A DNA stretch of 64,000 nucleotides from the human T2T-CHM13v2.0 reference genome, Homo sapiens. The translations under genes and the position numbers were made by a program. Location: the NCBI RefSeq assembly GCF_009914755.1, contig NC_060929.1; one strand, 5' to 3'. Of this stretch, positions 13,856 through 25,581 are shown in pieces. Numbering within the stretch: position 1 is the stretch's first letter; every line of letters begins with the position of its first letter. Below the pieces are notes generated by a model. It had not been told where the DNA came from and ran no database searches. It saw only the letters and a list, made by a program, of their open reading frames with translations.

Positions 13856-16800
13856 TCTAACAGGAATTTGAGACAGCTTGTTTGGTCAGATGATCCTATG
13901 ATACTGAAATCATCCCAAAGGTAGCTAGCAGATATTAGTAGTCCAAAGCCCTGTATTAGATTTTGACTCTAATTCTAATAAACTTTGTGGAGCTAATGAG
14001 GCATCCACTTAATTTACTCAATCTGTTCAATTCTTTTAGTTACGGAAGGAAGCTAATTCAGTCCTGTGTGGTTGTTAACTAATCACAGATCTCTAATCAT
14101 CTGACAAAGTTAGAGACACACATGCCAGAATACTAAACATTTCTACAAAATTTTACATGGCATCCCCTAGAGCATGTGAAGTCAGATATCAATTCCTCTA
14201 AGGTTCGAGGAGGGGATGCCTTGTTAAGACATAAAACCAAGAACAATAACTGACTTTATAATGAGTCAAACTAGCCATCAGTATAAGGAGGCCTTCTAAC
14301 AATTAGAACTGCCCTGTAATGTTAAGAAGACATTAAATGTGAAAAATGATGTCCATATGGAAAAAATACAGAAAATAGACATAAGTAGAAAGAAAGTAGA
14401 AAACAGACAAAATTATAGTATATATACCATATATGCTTGATATATATTGTATATACTTTTATTAAATGTATATGTTATATGATTATAAATGGGAAAGAAA
14501 TATTACAAAATGAAAAATCCATAGGAAAATGGATTAAAACTTTACTGTGAAAGTATTTTAATAAAAGTATAACAAATTTTTAATGTAAAATTAAAGTAGA
14601 CAAACATTATGCTAATTAAAAAGATTTTATCATCTTCCCTTTGTGGAAGACATAGCAGGATAAGACAATACTAAATTACTTGGGAAAAGGCATTGCAGAA
14701 ACCAACTGTGTTAGAAAATTAAACAGTTGTCACCCAACCACCAGATGATGTCAAGATATCACATTTGTTACTATTCAAGGCTACTCAGGAACAATGATTT
14801 AAGCAAGAGAACACCATGAGTGGTACTGTCTGAACATGACCTAGATAGCTCATGCTGGGTCGTCTGGACAATATGCTAACAGTTGGCAGTGTCCCCCAGC
14901 CCATCTGGAGAGGCCTCCCTGAAATACAGCTTCCAAGAAGACGGGTGACTGCCTTTTCCTGGAAAAAGGGAGCTGCAGCTTTCCATGCTTCCTTAAGGTC
15001 TCCAAGCCTGGACAGCTGACTTTCCTAGACAATTCCTATAAAGAGTTGACATCTAAACCCCAACAGTCTGGTAACCAAAAGGTTTATCTGTACCCCAACT
15101 GGGCAGATTCCCCTTTACATTCACCCTAAAGAGGAGAGCAAGAGGCATGATGCAGGGTCGGGGTGGTACAAGTCTCCTCTCTTCTAGCCAACACTTGATT
15201 AGTAAATCACTCAAATCCTGTTCCTACCCCATACTGTGTGCTGTTGCAGCACATGTGCTCTGCCAAGATATGTGTCAGCCATGAAGGAACACACTTGTCC
15301 TCAAGGCAGGATGGAGAGGATGTTAGTTTCCTCAAGCAAAGTCAGGAATGAATTTACTTTACCATTATGGGCTACTTTCAAATATCTAAGAGTCCTCTTG
15401 GGGAGCACGCTGCTTTGTTCTGTTTACAACTTCATAGAGCAACATGTACTGACATAAATAGCTAAGAAATTTTAGGTAAAAAAAAAAGTTTGTTTAAAAG
15501 CATGTTGTAAATTACCATTTTAGTAAAAAAGATTATATATATTTACATGTATCAAAAATCTAAATATGTATACAAAAACTCTTAGAAATAGTTATCTAAG
15601 AGAGAAGCGAAGATTATAAACATCTAAGTTATATTTCTGTAGTGTTTGGATTTTTTTTTACAAAATGATTATAATATATAATCAAGCAAAAATAAAAGAA
15701 ACATCAAAAAATTAAATCAGGTTCTCTTTAGACACAGTTTTAAAACTTGGTTTCCTAAGGGACACTATAAAACACAGTCATTTGGTAATTAAGAAATTAT
15801 CTCTAGACCATCTGGCTACCTAGGTAGGCCAAAATGTTTTGACCTTTTTGCCTGTAATCAGTTAAGAACAATGCAAGTTAATAAAAGCCTAGACAGCTTA
15901 CAGCCTGAACTTCATAATTTTTCCCCAGGAGTTGACTACCAGTGTAATTATTCTCAGTTCAGTCAAAATGTTGTAATTGGTTTATTTGTGTAGGCTTCAA
16001 CTAATCATTGCCTCAAAGAAAACCAGATTTTTTTCCTGCTTATTACTCTTTAGACCCCCAATTTATTTCTCCTAGTATGCCATCCTGGAAGTTGAACAGA
16101 TTTTTCTGGAATCTAGTTGTCCTTTCCATAGGCTCTCAGTAGAAAGGGACTCCTTCTACTCATGATATATCTGGCCCTTACTTATTGTCCATTTTAATAG
16201 GTCTTAATGCAATAATAGATTTAATGTTTAAAATTTAATGAACAAAATTACTAGCATTTTGTTAACAGATACTGGCCTATGTGACTGGTGGTTGCAAACT
16301 CTCATTCTTAAGAAGTATTCTTAGCTATTCTATGATAGTCAGATTAAGTAATGGAGGCAAATAACATAAGACAATATTCATCACCTGTTTAGAATGATCA
16401 AATTAATGCATCAAAGCAGTGATTTTATAATCAATTGTTCTTCTTCTAAATGTGAAGAAAACACTTCTAAGAATAGCAAATAGAACAACTTAGCCTAAAT
16501 TATCTCCATTTCCCTTCTTCAAATTATTTTAGTCTTCATTATCTTATTATATCATCCACCAATTGTGTCACTTGCAAAACTATTTCCTTGGATTCTACCA
16601 ATCCACCCTGGCAAAATTAGCTAGGGTCTCTAGGTAGTACCAAGATACCCCAGGTGTGTCTTGGCTCAAGTTGTTGGCCAAGCAGATGATAGGGTGGCAT
16701 ACATCATTCCAAAGGACATGCATGCTGGTCCTCTAATTTCCTAAGTAGCATCTCCAACACATCAGTATAGTTCTGAGCACCCTGGGGTTTTGTGAGAATC

Positions 16801-17752
16801 AGATGAGTACAACCCCATATTATCTTATGACCATCTTAGTTAAGCAGATCAATATTTCTTCCTAAACATCAAAAATATACCACCAGCAACACTTTTCTGG
16901 CCACAGATGGAGGGCCCTTGCAGGTGTTTGACTTGTTTAGTCCAGCAACCAGCATGAAATCTACTAAATGGAGCAGAGAGCAAATAGGAAGTTGGGCTGG
17001 GCTGGTAAATCAAAGATACGTCTTAGGATTTAAACCCTTCAATGATGTAATATTTAACAGTAGAATGAACTGTGTCTTTCATATGTACTATTTTCTGACA
17101 TTCCATTACTGACAGTAGTATGTCATAACAGTGTTTCAAAACAAAGGGAGCAGAATGGAATGAGCCTAAGGGGATAATAACTTGTAAAAAGTTAATTGTA
17201 AAAAAAAAAACTGCAGACAAATTTTTCTTTTATCATTAAGTATTTATTTAAACTTCATACTGAGAGACCCCTCTATTTATTCCTGAATCCTTTACATATA
17301 ATCTTGTAAGCAGTTGCAATGACTAAAATGTCCTTGGTTAGTCATTAAATTCAATTATTGACTGTATATTGAGAAGGTGTAAATCATAGTTCAAGGTTAA
17401 TTTAGGGGTCTCTTATTAGGAGTTGGATGAAATGAAATATATGTGTTACATAAATTGCTGACTGAGGGAAAAATATACAGTTAAAATAATAATTTGGATG
17501 GAGATGCATTCATATCATATTGAAACATGACGTTTGTTTGTGAGGACACACCATATGGAAATTCCCCAATTCCTTATACTTTGGTTATAAATCTTTACTG
17601 ATTATAGTAACCACTGTTTCAGGTGGTTAACCTAGAAAGCTTCAAGAAGGAATGGAAAATGAGATTAAACTCACATACATAGCATCTCCAAATAAGGTTT
17701 CTTACCAGCGAAAGAAAATCAAAGATTCACATTATAAAAATTCATTACTGAT

Positions 17753-17849
17753 GCAAACCTGGTTCCCATGATGTTTCTAGGATTAAGAGAGGTAACAGTC
17801 CCCGCACTGAATCACATGCTCATTAAGCTTTCCCTTAAAGCCAGGTGGC
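17753..17849 (+). repeat. Copy 1 of a ~97-bp local direct repeat
   Basis: Aligns by eye at ~80% with 19249-19347 ('aacctggtt...aggattaagag.ggta.cagtccc.gcactgaatcaca...cattaagctttc.cttaaa...aggtggc'). Confidence 0.85.
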
Positions 17850-18081
17850 CAAGGTTTCATCTCTGCTAACAAAGGTATTCAAAGGAATTTATGATAATCA
17901 TTCTATTGTTTGAATTTTCCATTGCTAGATAATGCAAGTGCTCAGTGCAGAGAGATTTCCTTAAAAAATGTTTCTGCTAGGTCAAATTAGCACCTGTACT
18001 TGGATGTTCAAGTCAACATTTCTTTCTAAGTGTCACTGATTTAGAACATAAGAGTATGTTAGAATATTAAAAGATCTCGGG

Positions 18082-19050
18082 TGTGGGGAAAAGCAAGAGA
18101 GATCAGATTGTCACTGTGTCTGTGTAGAAAGAAGTAGACATAGGAGACTCCATTTTGTTCTGCACTAAGAAAAATTCTTCTGCCTTGAGATTCTGTTAAT
18201 CTGTGACCTTACCCCCAACCCCGTGCTCTCTGAAATATGTGCTGTGTCAAACTCAGGGTTGAATGGATTAAGGGTTGTGCAAGATGTGCTTTGTTAAACA
18301 GATGCTTGAAGGCAGCATGCTCCTTAAGAGTCATCACCACTCCCTAATCTCAAGTACCCAGGGACACAAAAACTGCGGAAGGCTGCAGGGACCTCTGCCT
18401 AGGAAAGCCAGGTATTGTTCAAGGTTTCTCCCCATGTGATAGTCTGAAATATGGCCTCGTGGGAAGGGAAAGACCTGACCGTCCCCCAGCCCGACACCCG
18501 TAAAGGGTCTGTGCTGAGGAGGATTAGTATAAGAGGAAGGCATGCCTCTTGCAGTTGAGACAAGAGGAAGGCATCTGTCTCCTGCCCCTCCCTGGGCAAT
18601 GGAATGTCTCACTATAAAACCCGATTGTACGTTCCATCTACTGAGATAGGGAAAAACCGCCTTAAGGCTGGAGGTGGGACATGCGGGCAGCAATACTGCT
18701 TTGTAAAGCATTGAGATGTTTATGTGTATGCATATCTAAAAGCACAGCACTTGATTCTTTACCTTGTCTATGATGCAAAGACCTTTGTTCACGTGTTTGT
18801 CTGCTGACCCTCTCCCCACTATTGCCTTGTGACCCTGACACATCCCCCTCTCAGAGAAACACCCACGAATGATCAATAAATACTAAGGGAACTCAGAGGC
18901 TGGCGGGATCCTCCATACGCTGAACGCTGGTTCCCTGGGTCCCCTTATTTCTTTCTCTATACTTTGTCTCTGTGTCTTTTTCTTTTCCAAGTCTCTCGTT
19001 CCACCTAATGAGAAACACCCACAGGTGTGGAGGGGCAACCCACCCCTTCA
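18082..19050 (+). mobile_element. HERV-K(HML-2) solo LTR, LTR5_Hs type
   Basis: 969 bp, TG...CA ends ('tgtggggaaaagcaagagagatcagattg'...'ggggcaacccaccccttca'). Perfect 6-bp TSD CTCGGG at 18076-18081 and 19051-19056. Close match to recalled LTR5_Hs consensus. Confidence 0.97.
18773..18780 (+). promoter_or_regulatory. OCT4-type octamer-like motif (ATGCAAAG) in LTR5_Hs
   Basis: Lies at LTR positions 692-699, where the OCT4 motif has been described in LTR5_Hs. Confidence 0.7.
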
Positions 19051-19248
19051 CTCGGGTCATGCAGGAATCATATGTGCAAAAATAATGTGATAAAAACACA
19101 CCTATAAGGTGAAAAACATCTACGTATTTGCTATAAATACACATACTTTGAATTTCTATATTCTGGCAAAAGCATTGGAGGACAAAAAAAAAATCTTTTC
19201 AAAATACAAATTTGAATATGTATGGGCCTCACTTTTCCACCCACTAAA

Positions 19249-19347
19249 GCCAACCTGGTTAGCAGGATATTTCGAGGATTAAGAGCGGTAGCAGTCCCTG
19301 CACTGAATCACACACATCCATTAAGCTTTCTCTTAAAATTAGGTGGC
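19249..19347 (+). repeat. Copy 2 of the ~97-bp local direct repeat
   Basis: See 17753-17849. Directly abuts an L2 fragment. Confidence 0.85.
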
Positions 19348-19349
19348 TT

Positions 19350-19990
19350 CCCATTGTTCTTAGGGTAGAAGACCTAATATGTCTATAAGGTTTTGCTCCA
19401 GTTGGCCTCTGCTCTCCTCTCTAGCCTCATCTCAAGTTACTGGCTTCCTGTTAGCTCTCTTCATCTCAGCCTCACCAGCCCTCCCTTGGTAAACCGTACT
19501 GTCCATTCAGTACTGTTTCCTACATCAGGACTTTGCACATGCTGTTCCCAGACACTCATCTTTTTATTTATTTCATTCTCTTGCTTCTCCTACCACCATC
19601 ACCACCTACACCACCACTACCATCACCACCTTAACCACTATTACTTTTGGAACACATATCCATACATGTGCACATACACATATGTGCACACATGCATACT
19701 CTGAAACTCTCCTCATTGTTACATCCTAGGAGAAATATTTCCTGACATTTTACACATACCCTCCCTGTTATAAAATCTCCTGGTACTGTGTATATTTACT
19801 ACACAACACTGATTTTTTAAAATTTTATACATATTTTTAGACTTTTAATGTCAATTTCTCCATTAAAGTTGGAGTTGTCTGTTTCTTCTCATCATTATTT
19901 ACCCAACATCCAGCATGAAACCAGGATACAGTGGATAATAATACCTAAACATTGTTTAAATGGGGCAATGAATGTTTCAATCAATGAATC
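19350..19990 (+). mobile_element. L2 3' fragment with internal (CAC)n / CA-rich low-complexity tract
   Basis: 'caggactttgcacatgctgttccc' and 'acccaacatccagcatg...aaacattgtttaaatg' are L2 3'-end motifs. CAC-rich tract at 19590-19640. Confidence 0.6.
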
Positions 19991-21145
19991 AGTCACATCT
20001 GCACACCTCTGTGATAGATGGATTATCTACTGTGCAAAATTCAACCTGAAGAGAGATAAAGAAAAAGACCATTCATTGGGCTCAACTATTTTGACATGAC
20101 TGGGCTAACTGCTTTGCTTATTTAAATTTAATATCAGCAACTGCCCAAAGTAGGTATTCTGATTCCTTTTTTACAGATGGAGAATCTCAGACTCAGGTGG
20201 ACTTAGTAACCCACCCAAAGACACGTTTGGTACGAGAGCAACATGGTTATTCTGTTTTGTTTTGTTTTTTTAGAATTTTCTATAAAATTGTGGCACCATG
20301 TTTATATCTGCATTCAATGACATTTACATATAATTTGAATTTAGGATGATCCTATTTTGAAGCACAGAAATTACTTTTGAATGCTGGCTCTAGAAATTAT
20401 GAAAAATAGAATATAACAAAACCTGAAGAAAGTAATACAACAAACTGAACCAGCATTTTAGTGTTGAAATTTTAATGAAGTAAACATCTTCCATTTAAAT
20501 TAGCGTGTGTACAATTAGAATTATTAAGAATTAAGTATGACTTCAGAACTTAAAATACAATTTCTTAAACCAAAATTTGTTTTAGTTTCAGCTCACCCAA
20601 TCTGCTACCTTGCAACCACAAATGTGTTTATGATTTCCCCCTCCAAAAACCTGCCTCTAGTTCAGAAGACTCTTCACTGGGTAATTATTTTCCACAAGCC
20701 CAAATTGTTTTCTGTGGTATGAGGCTGGGTTCAATGCTCTTTACACTTTTGCCCATTTGCAGAGATCAGCATTTCCTTTCGCCAGAATGCTCCTGCTGAC
20801 GAGAATGCTGTTGGGCCTCCCAGAAAGAAAGCAGAGACAGTTCATTTGACCACTGCCTGACTCAAACCTCTGCTACTGTTTTTTTCTGTCCAGATAAGGG
20901 AGCTAAAGTCAGCAATAATTGGAAAAAGAGGCTCTCATTTGGTCCTGTTATGCTACTTTTTCCAGTAATTTCAAACAACAAATATGTAGCATTTAATATT
21001 ATATGCCAGCCCTCTAGGAACTGTGAATGAAGTAAACAAAACTTGAAATATGATCAATCCTTATCCTTGATGAACTTGTTAGGGAAGATAGAACCAATAT
21101 ACATGGAAGAATCAGAGAATAATGAAGTGAGAAACTAACATGGGC

Positions 21146-21546
21146 TGTTACGGGGTGAATCCTATACCCAAAATTCATACATTGAAGTCCTCGTACATAT
21201 ACCTCCAAAATTTGTACGTTGAAGTCCTCGTACCTCAGAATATGACTATATTTGGAGACAGGGTTTAAAGGAGGTGATTAAGTTGAGGTCATAAGTGTGG
21301 GCCCTAATCAAATGTGACGTTGTTATAAGAGGAGCTAAGGACACAGACACATACAGAGGAAAGACCCCGTGAAGGAATAGAGAGAAGTCAGCCATCTACA
21401 AGCTGAGGAGAGAGGCCTCAGAAGAAACCAACCCTGCTCTCTTGACTTCAGACTTCCAGCCTCCAGAACTATCAGTAAATCAATTCCTACTATTTACGCT
21501 TGCAGTCTGTGGCACTTTGTTATGGCAGCCTCAGAAAATTAACACA
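21146..21546 (+). mobile_element. MLT1A/B-type MaLR solo LTR with internal ~37-bp tandem duplication
   Basis: 'tgttacggggtgaat...ccaaaattcatacattgaagtcct...ggcactttgttatggcagcc...aattaacaca'. The block 'ccaaaatt..tac.ttgaagtcctcgtac' occurs twice (21168-21233). Confidence 0.85.
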
Positions 21547-22591
21547 TGGATTCTATTAAAAAATGATTTTAGGGCAGGAATAAACCAGTCTGTGTTCAAA
21601 GACTTGAGGAAAGCTTTGTACATGATATAGGGTCTGAGTTGAATATAGACAAAAACTAAATAAAGCAGAGACAGAGGGATGACATTCTAGGACAGCAGGA
21701 AACTCAATGAGATAAGACTAGTAAATGGGAGAGAGAAATGATTTAGTAACAGGTAATGGTCTCTGAAACCTTTTAACCTTTGCTATTTGTTCATCTTAAA
21801 TGTTAATGTATTTTTAATAATATATTTACTCACATTGGATAGATAATCTCAATTTATAGTAAACAATGTCTTGTTACTAAAAGGGCTATGCTGAAGTTAA
21901 CAGAAACATACTATTTACCATATATGTTTAAATCTCGAAATCCACGGCCATATAAAAAAGGACTATGAATTTGGGCAAAATGCCATTGAAGCATACGTAC
22001 AATTGTATTTTGTATGTTATTTCATATGTACACAGGAATTGTACATGGAAAATGAGAAAGAGAAGACATAAAACATGAAATAAATTATGTTTGAGTTCAC
22101 TGGTATTTCATTTATCCAGATTATACACATTTATTGTCAAAAGCTTTATGGATTTTTCTGGGTGAAGTTTATACATATATTCATGATCATATGTTACAAA
22201 GCATTTAAGTATATAGCTTCATAGCTATACACATGAAATTAAATATTAAAAATACTGGTTTTTTTTTCTAATTTAACCCTCTTCTAGAAAAAGATCAAAA
22301 AAAAGTTCCCTCAGCATGTGCACATCTGTTTCCATTGAGGATTTTAAGAAAATGTTTAAAAGCTGCATTTAAGTGAATAATTTCCAGCCTGGGAATGGTG
22401 AGCCAGCTCAGAACCAAAGGCTGTTCATCTAACCAATAAGCAGGTGTAAATGAATATTTCATGAACACTGTCTGTAATTTTCTTTTTACTTGCACGGCAA
22501 CAATCCCTCCCCACCCTCCCCGCATCTTCCTGTACTGTTAGTCCTCTCTCCAAAAAGAGAGGGGTGTTTGAATGCCACTTAAAATTCTTAC

Positions 22592-22770
22592 CAGTATCTG
22601 GTATGGTGTCATTCTTTACTGTTCACATTATTTTTTATCTTTTGGATTTTGCTTTCAAAAGCCATTTGTTCTACATCAGGCAGCTGCATTTTCTTTCAGC
22701 ATTAAGGAAGAAGAATACCAAAAGTACTTACCTAAAAAACAAAACACAAAAAAGGGAAAGATTAAAGTAT
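22592..22770 (-). other. Candidate recursive splice site (AG|GTAAGT) with 140-nt RS-exon (22731-22592)
   Basis: Minus strand reads 'atactttaatctttccc...ttgtgttttgttttttAG|GTAAGTacttttgg...cagatactg|GTAAGA'. AG is at 22733-22732 and GTAAGT at 22731-22726. The downstream donor GT is at 22591-22590. Confidence 0.65.
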
Positions 22771-23099
22771 ATTCATGGAGATGCTTGATGTCTTGACAAA
22801 GCACCAAAGTGGGGATGAAAACACCCATAGCACCTAATGGCCCATGGCAAATAAAGCATGTAAAGCCACCAAGGAATGACTGTAGAAGTTGCACCCTTGT
22901 CTGAAACTTAAGACAGCAAAAGGGGTATGCCTTGGTTATTTTAAAAATGAATAGGTAAAGCAAAGTTTTGATTTTCTTTTATTTTCACTTTTTTAAACAA
23001 CTTACATTATCTCAGACTGTAATCCATCACGTCTCTGTCCTTCAACAGGTTCTAACTGCCTACAATAATGGCTTTTATCATTATGAGCCAGAAGACTTT

Positions 23100-23153
23100 A
23101 ATCATAGGCCTAACTTAGAGCTTCAATGCAACCATAGGCCTAACTTAGAGCTT
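23100..23153 (+). repeat. 30-bp-period tandem duplication
   Basis: 'aa(t/c)cataggcctaacttagagctt' occurs twice. Confidence 0.85.
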
Positions 23154-23341
23154 AGAGCATCATGAAGAGTGCATTGAGATATGCCAGACACTGGTGGCTC
23201 ATGAGAGAAACAAGGGCTTTGCTAACAGTTGTCTTCCTAACTATGAGGCCTCCTGCAATATGAGACATTGTAGTGTTGGTAGAAGGGTCTGCTTTCTTAG
23301 ACATTTTTGCGGTACTAACATAGATATAAAAACTAACACAC

Positions 23342-23658
<317 letters not shown>

Positions 23659-24159
23659 CTAACACACATAGTCAGATGTGGCATACAAAAGAGAAAAGTA
23701 ATTTTTGTAAATATTTAGGAAAAAAGAATAAATAATAAGTGGCAAACATCAGTAGTTTTCATCAATGTGCCATCTGTGTATAGATACGATGTCTTTGACT
23801 GTCTGCTGGTCACAGAAAGCCCTCTACACAAGGAAGGCAGGGGATGGCCTTGAACAGTGCTCCTGAGTGACAGCTCTGGAATAGGTGGGAGAAGGCACAG
23901 TGCATACCCAGCGAAGAAATCTGTTCACTCTGTCAGTTACCAAAAGCCAAAGAAAAACTTCCTCCATAGGAAATGATTTCCCCATTCCATTCTTGACAAG
24001 CAAGAGCTAACAAAAGAAAGAGTCCCAAAAGAATATGGGACTTTTGGGAGAGTAGAGGAGATCTCATTTACGAAGAGGAGAGAACATCCACGTGCTGATA
24101 GCAGCAGCTAATAGAGCTGCCTGATCTGGTGCTGGCTGGGCAAACCAGCGCTAAAGGCA

Positions 24160-24284
24160 GAAGCACAAAAAGGCATTGCACCACAATCATCTGGGTGACT
24201 TGGTCAAAACCAAGAAGCACAAAAAGGCATTGTGCTTCTTGCTTTTGACCACGCCAGAAAGGCATTGGGCGACTTCGTCAAAAA
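24160..24284. repeat. Mosaic of short direct and inverted repeats containing a 21-bp hairpin
   Basis: 24201-24221 pairs with 24231-24251 (20/21, 9-nt loop). 'gaagcacaaaaaggcattg' occurs twice, 'aaaggcattg' three times, and 'ggg(t/c)gactt(g/c)gtcaaaa' twice. Confidence 0.85.
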
Positions 24285-24289
24285 CATGA

Positions 24290-24425
24290 TGTTCTCAGGG
24301 CCCACCAAGATAGCATCTCTGGAGGTAAGATTTTGGAATTTCCATTTTTAATAAGCACCCCTGGTAAATTTTATGTGGTTAGCTGGGCACCAGTCTGCAC
24401 ACAGAGTTTTAAGAATCACATGCTA
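24290..24425. mobile_element. MER5-like fragment
   Basis: 'ctcagggcccacc...catctctggagg...catttttaataagcacccctggtaaatt...tttaagaatcac'. Confidence 0.5.
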
Positions 24426-25247
24426 GAAGGTGTGGGTCTGTCTCCTGTAAGTGCTACCTGTCAGAGACTATTCTCTGAGAATGCTGAGTCACATAATTTG
24501 GTCAGAATTTAATGAAACTGCAGGGACAGAGATAGGGAATGTGCATTTCTCTTCCCTATTTAATTCTGCCTCACCAACAAACTGCTGGTAAGGAAAAAAA
24601 AAATCACACAAAATATATTATTTGAATTGGTCTGTGCCACTAACCAATGCTGTTGTCCATTCCTACTGTCCCCTGGTTCTTGTTAATAAGATAACATTCT
24701 GTACTCCTACTCATAGAGGGCACTATTTTCTTGTCAGTTCATGCTGTTGCAGACAGTTGGTAATTCCAACTACCAAAATACCATAATTTCATCAGTGAAT
24801 TAAGCCGAGAAATAGTTTTGAATATTACAGAGTATATAGTAAGATCTTCCATAAACCTGAGTTGACTAATTTCTAGCATCTCTTGACCTTCAATTTCACT
24901 AATACTGTTTAGCTAGTTCTTGAGCTATTTTTATCTGAATAATGTAAATTGAGAAATTGATTTACTTTGTTTTTCAGGAAATATTTTAATTAATTTATAA
25001 TATTTCTCTGCTTTAGACATTTAGAAATATTTATTTTACTTACAGGATAGATGTTGTGGCATATTTAAAAGGATAAAAATGTACTTCAGAAAAGTTCACA
25101 AATTTAATTCTATATATAAAGAGATTTGTTTTTTCCTAAGGTGCTCCACTATTAAATGAAATATAACTTAAAAAAAATCAGTCCTAATATCAGCAAACTG
25201 TGAACTGACCTCAAAGTTAATATTTACACTCATCAGAAGCTAAATGG

Positions 25248-25581
<334 letters not shown>

